Shown here: in pieces, positions 18,796 through 28,731 of the stretch
Layout of the letters: each line of letters starts with the position of its first letter
How positions within the stretch are numbered: the first letter of the stretch is position 1
Virus record (IMG/VR): IMGVR_UViG_3300028029_000006
Location: 88,236-152,235 of that record
DNA length: 64,000 nt
Strand: one strand, 5' to 3'
Source: a virus
Notes under the pieces: generated by a model
The model's input: only the letters and a program-made list of their open reading frames with translations
Databases searched by the model: none
Told to the model about the DNA's origin: nothing
Position numbers and translations under genes: made by a program

Positions 18796-21700
18796 ATGGC
18801 ACGTATTAGAACATCAAATGATATTATTTTGAGTTTGCTTGAATTTTTCAGGACAGCTCAACCTTTACTTGATACTAAACCAGGAACTGTATCAAGAGAT
18901 TTGGTTATTGATGCTCCAGCAACTCAGACAGCAAGAATGTATGAAGAGCTTTCTGGAATTTCAAACTTACAATCTTTAAGGTTATCCTCTGGATCAGACT
19001 TAGATAGAGTCGCTAAGAATTATGGTGCCATTCGTAATAAAGGAGCTAAATCTTCTGGACCAGTTCTTCTTACATTTTCATCTTTAGATGCTGATATTGC
19101 TATTAATAAAGGTGAAATAGTTATTGCCAAAAATGGCGCATCTTTTAAAATTCAAAATAGCCAAACTGTCAGCTCAGTTTTTGAGACCGCTTTCAGAGCT
19201 ACAGCTTCCAAATTTAGAGCTGATCTTGATTTTGTCGGAATTACAGATGAATTCGCAGTTGAAGTTCTAGTTGAAGCAACATCTACTGGAATTGGCGGAA
19301 TCATATCTAAGTACTCTGTTAATAGAACAAATATTCCTAATGTTAATAATGTCACCAATGTTTTTCCTTTTAGTGGCGGAAAAGATACGGAAGATGATGC
19401 AACTTTTAGAAATAGAGTGTTCTCAATATTTTCAGGAGCTAATACTGGAACAGCCTTAGGTTATAGAAATGCCGCCTTATCTGATGCCTCAGTTATTGAT
19501 GTTGTGATAATTGAGCCTGGAAGCGTTTTAATGACACGAGATGGCACCCAAGTGATTGAGTACGAAGATGGTACCAAAACTATCCTCTCAGATGGCACAG
19601 GTGGCAAGGTGGATATTTATATCTTGGGTACTAGGATTCAAGAAGTTATTGATAGTTTTATTTTTAGAGATCTTAGTAATATAGGTGATGTAACTAATGA
19701 AGCTAACAATATTGTATTAGGTCAAATACCTGGAGATGAAAATAAAACAATTTCAAGACGTAGATTAGAGAATCTTAAAAGCGGAACATTACCTAATCAA
19801 CCAGTTAACAATGTTATTCAAGTTACAGGTTCACTTAGTGGATCTAATTTTGTTGAAAAACAAACAGATTCTTTAGGTAGAGTCACAGGTAATTTTGAAA
19901 TCATTAAAGATACTGGAGCGTTTGCTGGTTCGCCATTTGGTTTTGACGCTTTAAGTTGGATATCTAATACCATTGAAGATTTTCAAGAGAGTAAAACTAA
20001 ACAAGATTTTAATAGTCAAGATCCTTTAGCTTTTACAGATCTTACTGAAATTAATGGCGCTAATCAAAATATATCTGTTACTAATGAAAATAGTACAGTG
20101 TCATCAACTGATAGAAGCTCAATTCAATTATCACATTTTCCAGTAACTAATGTTACCAGAGTTTTCAATGTAACTACAGGAGAAAGGTATGTTGTCACTA
20201 GTCAGAACCCAGATGGTAGCGGAACTTTAAATAATACTGGTAGGATTGTTATTAATGGGCAAACTCTTCCAGCAATTAGCGATACTTTACAAACAGATTA
20301 CACTTGGGCATTTAGTTTTGATCCTAATTGGGATTTTGATGATAGAACGACAAGTACTAACCCAAGAGATGTTAGAGATAGTGTTGATTGGGGATTCTCT
20401 AACGCAGTCAGAAGAGAAAGAGCAACTTTAATAGCTGCAGGTTCAATTTTAACAGTAACAACAACTCATCCGATTAGTACTGTAGTTAACACGAATGTCT
20501 TTACAGAAGAGACTGGGTCATTAACCTTATCTTCTGGAAGAGTTTCTTTTATATCTGTTAATTCAGTTGCTAATGTTGTTAGCATTGTTAGAGATTCTGA
20601 TGAAGCTGAGTTATGGAATACTAGTGATGAAGATGGATCTTTTAGTGGATTAACAATATTTCTACCTACAGATACATTAGGCTCTTTTGGAGAAGATGTT
20701 ACTGTAGTTTATAATTCAATTGATGTTTATAACGCAGACACACAAGGTAACTTCAATGAAAACGTAATAACTATCACTCCATCTACTGATGCTGTTGCTG
20801 GGTCATTGGTTGAGGTTAGTTATATTGCCAATGTTAGCACATTGTTACCTGGAACTACTTTAGGTAATCTACCAGCTATTCGAAATAACAACACTTTTGA
20901 TACCAATGTAAGTTCAGAAGTAGGGGTCCAGCCAACAACTCATGTATTTAGTGGTTCTACCATAGTATCAAACTTAAGGCAAGCACCATCTTCAGTTGGT
21001 TTAAATATTACAGGGTCTATTTCTGCAGGAATTATTACCTTAACAGGTACAACTATTTCAAGTGTTTTTGATATTGTGTTTACAGCTACTCAAAATAGTT
21101 TAAAGCAAAATTTATCTTCAGCTATTAAAAGTTCATTAGGTTTATTGTCCAATCAAAGCATTCCGTCAAATATTAGAGTTGGAAGAATATCTAAATTAGA
21201 AAGAGTTTCTACTAATTCTAATCTAGATGTTTTGGAAGTTTTAAATGCATATGATTTACGTGGTTATAAACTGCTTGATAATAACTTTGTTAAAGAAGAA
21301 TCTGTTCAAGATATTTCTTTGACCGCTACTGAGTTTGAATTACCAGCAACTCCAGATAACTTATCTAATCAACCAACAGTTGGTGATAGGTTAAGAATCA
21401 CTTTTTACATAACCACATATAATGACAGTGAAAACGTATCGTTTAGCAGATCTGGATTGTTATATACTAATAAAGTGTTTTCTTTTATTGATACTGTAGC
21501 AATTTCAAGTGGGTTTTTATCTACAGCGTCATCTTCTGCTGTATTATCTTTGGTTAATTTGAATCAACCAGGATCTAGATCTAGATATCAAGCAGTTTAT
21601 GATTACACATCTCCGAAAGTTAATGAAAGAATTAATGTACGTTACAATTATGACCGTTTAATTACAGATGTAACTTTAGCAGTTGAAAATACAAGACCTA

Positions 21701-22032
21701 TAAGTGCAGATGTTCTTACAAAAGAATCTATATCAATTTTGGCTGATGTTACTATGAATATAGTTGTTACTCAAGCATTTGTTAACAACACAGAAACTGT
21801 TAAACAGAATGTTAAAGATGCAATTACTGCAGAACTTAATACTCAAACTTTAGGAGTGATTGTTGACTCTTCAGATTTAGTTGATGTTGCTTATACAGTT
21901 GATGGTGTTGATAGAGCTAGGATTTTGTTTTTTAATAAAACAGGGGAAGCCGGCTCTGTCCTTAGTATAGTACCTGGTGAAAATGAGTTCATTCAGTCAA
22001 ATTTAGTTACTGTTAATATTGAGTCGAGATAA
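18796..22032 (+). CDS. Baseplate J-like (gp6) wedge protein with a large insertion
   Basis: DTKPGTVSRDLVID, GSDLDRVAKNYG, GGKDTEDDATFRNR, GGKVDIYI and C-terminal SDLVDVAYTVDGVDRA are baseplate-J hallmarks. Confidence 0.85.
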   Translation: MARIRTSNDIILSLLEFFRTAQPLLDTKPGTVSRDLVIDAPATQTARMYEELSGISNLQSLRLSSGSDLDRVAKNYGAIRNKGAKSSGPVLLTFSSLDADIAINKGEIVIAKNGASFKIQNSQTVSSVFETAFRATASKFRADLDFVGITDEFAVEVLVEATSTGIGGIISKYSVNRTNIPNVNNVTNVFPFSGGKDTEDDATFRNRVFSIFSGANTGTALGYRNAALSDASVIDVVIIEPGSVLMTRDGTQVIEYEDGTKTILSDGTGGKVDIYILGTRIQEVIDSFIFRDLSNIGDVTNEANNIVLGQIPGDENKTISRRRLENLKSGTLPNQPVNNVIQVTGSLSGSNFVEKQTDSLGRVTGNFEIIKDTGAFAGSPFGFDALSWISNTIEDFQESKTKQDFNSQDPLAFTDLTEINGANQNISVTNENSTVSSTDRSSIQLSHFPVTNVTRVFNVTTGERYVVTSQNPDGSGTLNNTGRIVINGQTLPAISDTLQTDYTWAFSFDPNWDFDDRTTSTNPRDVRDSVDWGFSNAVRRERATLIAAGSILTVTTTHPISTVVNTNVFTEETGSLTLSSGRVSFISVNSVANVVSIVRDSDEAELWNTSDEDGSFSGLTIFLPTDTLGSFGEDVTVVYNSIDVYNADTQGNFNENVITITPSTDAVAGSLVEVSYIANVSTLLPGTTLGNLPAIRNNNTFDTNVSSEVGVQPTTHVFSGSTIVSNLRQAPSSVGLNITGSISAGIITLTGTTISSVFDIVFTATQNSLKQNLSSAIKSSLGLLSNQSIPSNIRVGRISKLERVSTNSNLDVLEVLNAYDLRGYKLLDNNFVKEESVQDISLTATEFELPATPDNLSNQPTVGDRLRITFYITTYNDSENVSFSRSGLLYTNKVFSFIDTVAISSGFLSTASSSAVLSLVNLNQPGSRSRYQAVYDYTSPKVNERINVRYNYDRLITDVTLAVENTRPISADVLTKESISILADVTMNIVVTQAFVNNTETVKQNVKDAITAELNTQTLGVIVDSSDLVDVAYTVDGVDRARILFFNKTGEAGSVLSIVPGENEFIQSNLVTVNIESR

Positions 22033-25000
22033 TGGTTAATCTAAGATTTGTTGTAATAAAAGTTATTGATAGTTCTTTAATTAGAGTTAGGTTTAATGAC
22101 AACCTTAATCCTCTTATTAATACTGGAAATGTTACCGTTACTTCTAATGTGCCAGGAGTTCCTAATGCACTTGTTCGTAAAGTGACTATTGATGCAGATA
22201 TAATGGAAATTATAACTCTTCCAATGACTCCATATTCATCTTATTTCGTTACATTTCAATCTACCGATGAAGTTGTTTTTAATTCTTTAAATGGTCAATC
22301 GTCTTTACTTGAAGATGGTATTACTAATGCTCCATTAGTTTTAGGGGCAGAAGAGCCTGACAGTAATATTAGAGATATTCTTATTAACTATCAAAAAGAT
22401 AGTGTTTATAATTTAATGACTGGCAGTATTTGTCGTGACATTGTCAATTCTCAAGCAAAAGTTTTATCTCGTGCCCTTTATGATATTGGACAAGTTAAAA
22501 ACGATAACTATTTAGAAGTTTTAGTTGCCGATGAACGTCATGAAAGAGGCCGAGGACCTACTGATAGGTTAAATGAAGAGGGAACATTTAGTATTATTAG
22601 AGTTGGTTTGAAAGAAACAGGTTCTACAGTTTCAGATACTATTAGTTTTACTTCATTTCCAAGTAGCCCAGTTACATTACAAGCCATTAATATTGGTTCT
22701 GAAACTTTAATTGCTGGAGCTGGTCCATCTACTTTTAATGGTCTAACTTTAACTACATCTAAATTTCCAATTACTAAAGTTAATTTTATAACTATTAATT
22801 ATAATGCTGGTGGTTCAGCTACTTATTCTATTAGCCAGTTTGGATACCAGCTAAAAAACCCAAGGTATGATCAAGAATTTGCTTCGACATTATTAACCTT
22901 AGGAGATGATCAGATTCAATTAAGCCAAGAATCTGTTAGATTTGGTTTTGTCGCACCTGTATCTGGAGATACGGTTGTTGTTAATTATGACTATCAAAAT
23001 AAAGGAAGATTTGTTGATGAAGATAGTGTAACTGTTAGTCAAGTTTTAGATGCAGTTCGTGAATTAACTCCCCCAATTTCTAATGAATTTTCATTAATTA
23101 ATGCTCCAGTTGTTAATGTTAATGATCAAATTCCTACATCAGGAGAGATTCAGTTCTTAGACTCTCAGTCTAACCCACCATTTTCTGGGATTCACCCAGC
23201 TTTTACTAGAGAAATACCATTTAGATTCGAAAAGTTACCTTCTAATACTGGAGAATACTCGGTTGAATATTCAACAGGTCGTATTTTTGTTTATGGAGCT
23301 TCTGAGAATGATGGGACTGGTAATTTTCCACCTGTTGCAACATATAAATATCGTAATGTTTTCGCTTCCAGATTAGATTACACATATAATCCAGAAACTT
23401 ATGAATTGGTTGCCAACCCTCTTAGAGATCTTAGGACCAAAACAGCTAAGATTTCATTTGATTTTGAACCTACTTTGGTTCCTGGAATTGATTTTATAGC
23501 TCAAGATCATAAAGAAGAATTAGATGAGCGAATTGATAACAGATTATTATCTACAAACTCATTAAGAGTTCTAAATTCTCCTGTCACCAATGCGTTTAGA
23601 GTATTCAATGAAACGTCTGGGGAAATTTACGGGATTACTAGATTTAATGACAATACTATTTTCTTTAATTCAAGAATTCCTCCTAGAATTTTTGATGCAG
23701 AAAGAGAAGCTTCATCTTTTAAAGATATATTTAATGAGTTATTAATTGTTAATAATGAATTTTTAAATGCTTCAAGTGTAAGAATTTTCACTGTTCTTCT
23801 TCAGAATAATAGAATAACAGCAGCTTCTGAAGATGCATTAGGGTCTAGTTTTAATAGTAGCGCTACTTTTGATAGAAATGATGTATTTGGAACAGAACTT
23901 TATTTTGATGGTCAAGTTATTAATTTGTCTCAGAATACTGATAGACTTATTGTTGGTCAATATTTAGTTGATTATGATAATGGTGTTGTATATGTTGGTG
24001 TTTCAGGTAGTCAAGCTGTTGATATTGGAACTATTAATTATAAAACAGCCTTAATAGTTCCAGAAAATTCTCATCTAATATCTGTTAATGAAATTTACAA
24101 TAGTATTTCTACTATTCGCGGTGTTGCTAAAAGAACAGCGTTATCATCTTTTGATGATGGAGAGATAGTTCCGCAAACAATTGATAGAACTGATGAAAGA
24201 TTTACTAATAAAGACTCAACATTACCTTACATAATAAGTGGTAGTACCATAACAGTTACTGATGATATTAAAAATGTTAGGAGTATTTTTGATGCTGCTG
24301 ATTTAACTACTAATTCATCTCCAACTGATTTTGCTAGTAGCTCTACATTTGCGGCAAACGTTATAATTTTAAGTTCTGATGGGATTCAGAAACAGGAGTT
24401 ATCAACTATTTTAGCTGGCCCAATTGTAACTGTATCATTTATTTCTGCTGGAATTGAAATTTCAAATGTTGTTAGTGTACTAAGAGTTAGTGATGGTGTT
24501 GAATTATTTGATACTAGCGGGTCTTTTTCTGGATATGATATTACATTATCAGGAGTAGGATTTCCGGTACCTGGTGATATTGTTTCAGTTACTTATAAAG
24601 TTTTATTGAATGGAGCTGCCACACCTGTTGTAGATTATAACCGCGGTGATTATTTTATAGATTACACATATTTAGCTGATGAAATTTTGGTTAGTTATGA
24701 GTATGGTGATAATGTTGTTGATTTTAGGGAGTCAACAACTTTAGATTTTGGTGATGAATATTTTGTTACTTATAAAGTTGGTGCTTTAAGAGATGCTCTT
24801 CTTAAGAATTTTGGCTCTTTAGTTGACGTTCCTGTAATGAATAGTTTTGATACCACTTTACCAAGAGAAGTTTATAGGGATGCTTTGCAGGGGGCGCTTC
24901 AGTCATTCACTAAAGGACCTACAATTCCTTCAATGAAGACTTTAGTATCTAGTATTACTAAAATTGATCCTGAAATTACAGAGGCTGTTTTTAATGTATG

Positions 25001-28000
25001 GTCATTAGGAGTTGGTTATCTTTTTCCAGATGATATTTTGGATACAGGTGATGTTAGTTTGATGAGTGCTAAATTTGACAATGGTGCTTTAATATCTAAC
25101 CCAGATGAAACAATTTCTTTTCCTTTATCTTCTAATTTTAGAATTGAAGAAGGAACATTGGAATTTTGGGCAATTCCTGAATGGGATGGGATTGATAATG
25201 ATGCCACTTTAACTTTTAGTAATCTATTAAAAGATGGCACAAGTTTAGATTCATCTGAAATCTTTATTGGAGCTAGTAGTTTTAATCCAACTTTTAGTGA
25301 AGATGGAGCTTTTTCTATCAATAGAACTGATACATTAAGCCCAATTGGAATTCCTTCTAAGATTTTTACTCATACAGGTCTTTTTATTCATTATGATTTA
25401 GATGAGAAGGATTGGAAAATTCATGCAAGAGATCAAGTAATAGATCCTAATAATACTGTTTATAGTGGAAAAATTATTTCTTCTGGAGAAGTATATGATG
25501 TTAAGTTTATTCCCGGTTTAGGAGAGCTTAATGATATCTTGAGAAGTGGAATAAACGATATTGTATTTTCTTTTAACTTAGATGGATATGATGAATCTAG
25601 CCCTGATGGTTACGTTGATGGATACTCAATAATTGACGGTTATTTTCCTGGAGATGGTTATGTACCTGGATTCTCTTTTGATGGAATGCAGTTTATGGCA
25701 GATGACCTTCATTACTTTTTTGATTGGGCAGAAGAAAAAAACAAAAATAGGTTCTCAATCTTCAAAGATGGTAGAGGTTATTTGAACTTACATGTTTATG
25801 ATAAGAATAAAAACAAATATCCTATTTCTGTTGATATTTCTGATTGGCAAGCTGGTTTACGTCATCATATAGCTGCTACTTGGAGAATGAATACATCTAA
25901 CAGGCAAGATGAGATACATCTTTTTGTAGATGGTCAAGAAGTTTTTAATATTATGCGATATGGTGGACGACCTGCTGCTACCAGTTCAGATCGTTTTCGA
26001 ACTGTTAAGCCTGAAATTATTGCAGGAACAATCCCTAAAAATGTTGTTAATAGTAATGACTTAATTACCACTCAAGGGTCTGCTATTGTAGAATCTTCAG
26101 TTGATTTTGATGTTGCTGGAATTCTTGTTGGTGATACAATTAATATTTTGGAATTAGGTTTTGGGGTCTTTACTATCTTAGCAGTTAGTGGTGCATTCTT
26201 AACATTAGATAGCGTTATGTCAACTACTTTAACTGATGCTAGATTTTCAGTTAATGAATTTACTTCTATAGTTGAAACGCAAATTGATTTGTTTACTGAA
26301 ATTGCTGTGTCTATAATTGATGGTGTTTCAGGAGATGAGATAGAAATACCTGGATTGAAAGCAATTATTCCTGCTTACAGTATCTCTAAAAATCTTTTCA
26401 ATCAAAATGTTTTAACACTATTAGGCAGCGCCAACGCTGGTGACCAAGTAGCTATTAGAACATTTGGTTTAAATCATAGAAGAAATAGAGATAGAAAATT
26501 TGTTTGGGGAGGTTCTTCAAGCATTATAAAAACTCAATTACCGCCACCCATCAGTTTGGATGAAGCTAGCATAACAAAAGTTATTATGTCTAACACTCCA
26601 ATTGGGCTTGATAATTCGATTTTATCTAGTGGAGTTTTTGTAGCTTCTGGATTAACTACTGACCAAACAACTAATAATACTGAAGGTAGAACGTTATCTA
26701 TTAAAGTTACAGGAAACAATGTAACATTTAGTACTGCAGTTATGGTTACTATTAATGGAACTACTGCTGGTGGCCCAACTACTGAGACTATTTTGTTTAC
26801 AGAAGCTAGCATGTCTAATACTGTTAATAAATGGAAAACAATTACAGATGTTGATATTGAAGCAACTCCATTAGATGATACTAGAAATTCTACTTCTGTA
26901 GAAATTAAAGAAGCTTTTGTTATAACTGAATCAGAAGGTAACGCAAGCTTCCCAGTTATTCGTTTTAGTTATCAAACTCAACAAGGAGCAACCTTAGAAG
27001 GGACTGGTAATCAAATCATAATTGATGACAGCGGTTTCTTTGGAGATTCGATGGTTGGCCAAACGTTGGTTATCAGCTCTCCTGCTCCAGTTGCTGGTAC
27101 ATATGTTATTGCTTCTAAATTAGATAATAATAGAGTCACAGTTACTCCAACTCCACCAGCTTCATTTTCTGGTGGTACATATACTATTTTCAATACTTCT
27201 ATTGGGCGAAGCGGTTTCCAAAATGGATTCTTTACTTTTGAGACTGCTGGGTTTGTTAATGTGCCATTTTTACTAACGGAAGGTTTTTACGATTTTGATT
27301 ATGCTACATATCTAGAAATTCCTATTGACCCAGTATCTGAGATTAGAGCTTTTGTAGGATCTGATTTTACAGGTTCTAATCAAGCAGTAGCTATAGTTGA
27401 TGAACTTAGGATTCTAACACGTAAGTTAGATGATGTTAGAGTTGGTGAAACATTAGAAGATAATGAAAAATCAATTACTACAGACTTTACAGCTTTAAAT
27501 CCTTTTAAGCCTGATAATGAAACAACAATGTTGATTCATTTTGATAACATTCCATTTACAAATGATTCTGATTTATGGATATCATCAGATAGGAGATTTA
27601 TTCAATCAGATAGTAGTTTAAATAGTTCATTTGAGAAAAGTATAGTTCTTCAAGATAGAAATTTGATTTTAGATAATAAGAATTCATTAACAAATGAACA
27701 AGGATCAATTGAATTTTGGATCAGTCCTAGGTTTGACACCTTTAATGATCCTAATACTAGATTTTATTTTGACGCTTCAGCAGCCGTCATTGAAAAAATT
27801 GAAACAAGTAACCGCGGATCAATTAGTTTATTAGGTAGCGCTTCTCAAGTATTAAGTGTTCGTTTGCAGACTGATTTAGACAATACGGGAAGAGAATATT
27901 TTGCTGGAGGTAGTATTAGTTTAGATGGCTTGACTGTTTTCTTGGGTAAAGCATTACCACAACAAAATACACCAATTAAAATTACATATGTACCATCTGG

Positions 28001-28709
28001 TTTACAAGGTGATAGGATTTCAATTTTCAAGGACGATCAAGGTTTTATTAATTTCAATGTAAGAGCTACAGGAGTAGATTATCAAGTTCGTCAACCTATT
28101 TTTTGGGCCAGAGATACTTGGCATAGAGTTATGGCCACTTATAAAGTTAATTCTCCAAACAATCAGGATGAAATTAGATTGTTTGTTGATGGTGATGAAC
28201 AAGGAGCGGTTTTGTTTGGAAGTGGTTTGTTGTTTGGTGCGGGAGCAGTTTTTGGTCAAGGGTTTGCTGGAGAAGATAATTCAATTTTAACTAGTGATAT
28301 AAATTTTAATGATCCTATCAATCAATTATTTATTGGGTCATCTTTTGATAATGCTAATTTTGCACAGGCTAGGTATGATAATATTAGGTTAAGCAACATG
28401 GTTAGAGAGCCTTTTACAGTAGGAGGTCAAGACAAAGATGTTAATTTTAATTCTAATAGAGCGGTAGTTCTTCCAGTTGTTGAAGATTTATTTACTACTG
28501 AGTTGTTAGATTTTAATAAATTAGTATTTAAAGCAGAAGATTTCGCTATATTAAGAGATGAAGTGTTTGGTTTGTTTAATTTTGATATTACAGTCATTGA
28601 TTCTTTTGACATAGTGTTAAGTAGCGCCAAAATTAAACAAGTATTAGAAAATCTTATTTTAGCTCTCAAACCTGCTACTTCTAAAGTTAATATTGAATAT
28701 GCGAAATAG
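22032..28709 (+). CDS. 2225-aa baseplate wedge protein (gpI/gp7-like) with Ig-like and LamG/concanavalin domains
   Basis: EVYRDALQGALQSFTKGPT and C-terminal LALKPATS (gpI-like). LamG motifs EGTLEFW, RHHIAATW, IHLFVDG, VDELRI, QGSIEFW, WHRVMATY, IRLFVDG, YDNIRLS. Confidence 0.65.
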   Translation: MVNLRFVVIKVIDSSLIRVRFNDNLNPLINTGNVTVTSNVPGVPNALVRKVTIDADIMEIITLPMTPYSSYFVTFQSTDEVVFNSLNGQSSLLEDGITNAPLVLGAEEPDSNIRDILINYQKDSVYNLMTGSICRDIVNSQAKVLSRALYDIGQVKNDNYLEVLVADERHERGRGPTDRLNEEGTFSIIRVGLKETGSTVSDTISFTSFPSSPVTLQAINIGSETLIAGAGPSTFNGLTLTTSKFPITKVNFITINYNAGGSATYSISQFGYQLKNPRYDQEFASTLLTLGDDQIQLSQESVRFGFVAPVSGDTVVVNYDYQNKGRFVDEDSVTVSQVLDAVRELTPPISNEFSLINAPVVNVNDQIPTSGEIQFLDSQSNPPFSGIHPAFTREIPFRFEKLPSNTGEYSVEYSTGRIFVYGASENDGTGNFPPVATYKYRNVFASRLDYTYNPETYELVANPLRDLRTKTAKISFDFEPTLVPGIDFIAQDHKEELDERIDNRLLSTNSLRVLNSPVTNAFRVFNETSGEIYGITRFNDNTIFFNSRIPPRIFDAEREASSFKDIFNELLIVNNEFLNASSVRIFTVLLQNNRITAASEDALGSSFNSSATFDRNDVFGTELYFDGQVINLSQNTDRLIVGQYLVDYDNGVVYVGVSGSQAVDIGTINYKTALIVPENSHLISVNEIYNSISTIRGVAKRTALSSFDDGEIVPQTIDRTDERFTNKDSTLPYIISGSTITVTDDIKNVRSIFDAADLTTNSSPTDFASSSTFAANVIILSSDGIQKQELSTILAGPIVTVSFISAGIEISNVVSVLRVSDGVELFDTSGSFSGYDITLSGVGFPVPGDIVSVTYKVLLNGAATPVVDYNRGDYFIDYTYLADEILVSYEYGDNVVDFRESTTLDFGDEYFVTYKVGALRDALLKNFGSLVDVPVMNSFDTTLPREVYRDALQGALQSFTKGPTIPSMKTLVSSITKIDPEITEAVFNVWSLGVGYLFPDDILDTGDVSLMSAKFDNGALISNPDETISFPLSSNFRIEEGTLEFWAIPEWDGIDNDATLTFSNLLKDGTSLDSSEIFIGASSFNPTFSEDGAFSINRTDTLSPIGIPSKIFTHTGLFIHYDLDEKDWKIHARDQVIDPNNTVYSGKIISSGEVYDVKFIPGLGELNDILRSGINDIVFSFNLDGYDESSPDGYVDGYSIIDGYFPGDGYVPGFSFDGMQFMADDLHYFFDWAEEKNKNRFSIFKDGRGYLNLHVYDKNKNKYPISVDISDWQAGLRHHIAATWRMNTSNRQDEIHLFVDGQEVFNIMRYGGRPAATSSDRFRTVKPEIIAGTIPKNVVNSNDLITTQGSAIVESSVDFDVAGILVGDTINILELGFGVFTILAVSGAFLTLDSVMSTTLTDARFSVNEFTSIVETQIDLFTEIAVSIIDGVSGDEIEIPGLKAIIPAYSISKNLFNQNVLTLLGSANAGDQVAIRTFGLNHRRNRDRKFVWGGSSSIIKTQLPPPISLDEASITKVIMSNTPIGLDNSILSSGVFVASGLTTDQTTNNTEGRTLSIKVTGNNVTFSTAVMVTINGTTAGGPTTETILFTEASMSNTVNKWKTITDVDIEATPLDDTRNSTSVEIKEAFVITESEGNASFPVIRFSYQTQQGATLEGTGNQIIIDDSGFFGDSMVGQTLVISSPAPVAGTYVIASKLDNNRVTVTPTPPASFSGGTYTIFNTSIGRSGFQNGFFTFETAGFVNVPFLLTEGFYDFDYATYLEIPIDPVSEIRAFVGSDFTGSNQAVAIVDELRILTRKLDDVRVGETLEDNEKSITTDFTALNPFKPDNETTMLIHFDNIPFTNDSDLWISSDRRFIQSDSSLNSSFEKSIVLQDRNLILDNKNSLTNEQGSIEFWISPRFDTFNDPNTRFYFDASAAVIEKIETSNRGSISLLGSASQVLSVRLQTDLDNTGREYFAGGSISLDGLTVFLGKALPQQNTPIKITYVPSGLQGDRISIFKDDQGFINFNVRATGVDYQVRQPIFWARDTWHRVMATYKVNSPNNQDEIRLFVDGDEQGAVLFGSGLLFGAGAVFGQGFAGEDNSILTSDINFNDPINQLFIGSSFDNANFAQARYDNIRLSNMVREPFTVGGQDKDVNFNSNRAVVLPVVEDLFTTELLDFNKLVFKAEDFAILRDEVFGLFNFDITVIDSFDIVLSSAKIKQVLENLILALKPATSKVNIEYAK

Positions 28710-28731
28710 TTTTCGCAATAAAAGGTTATAA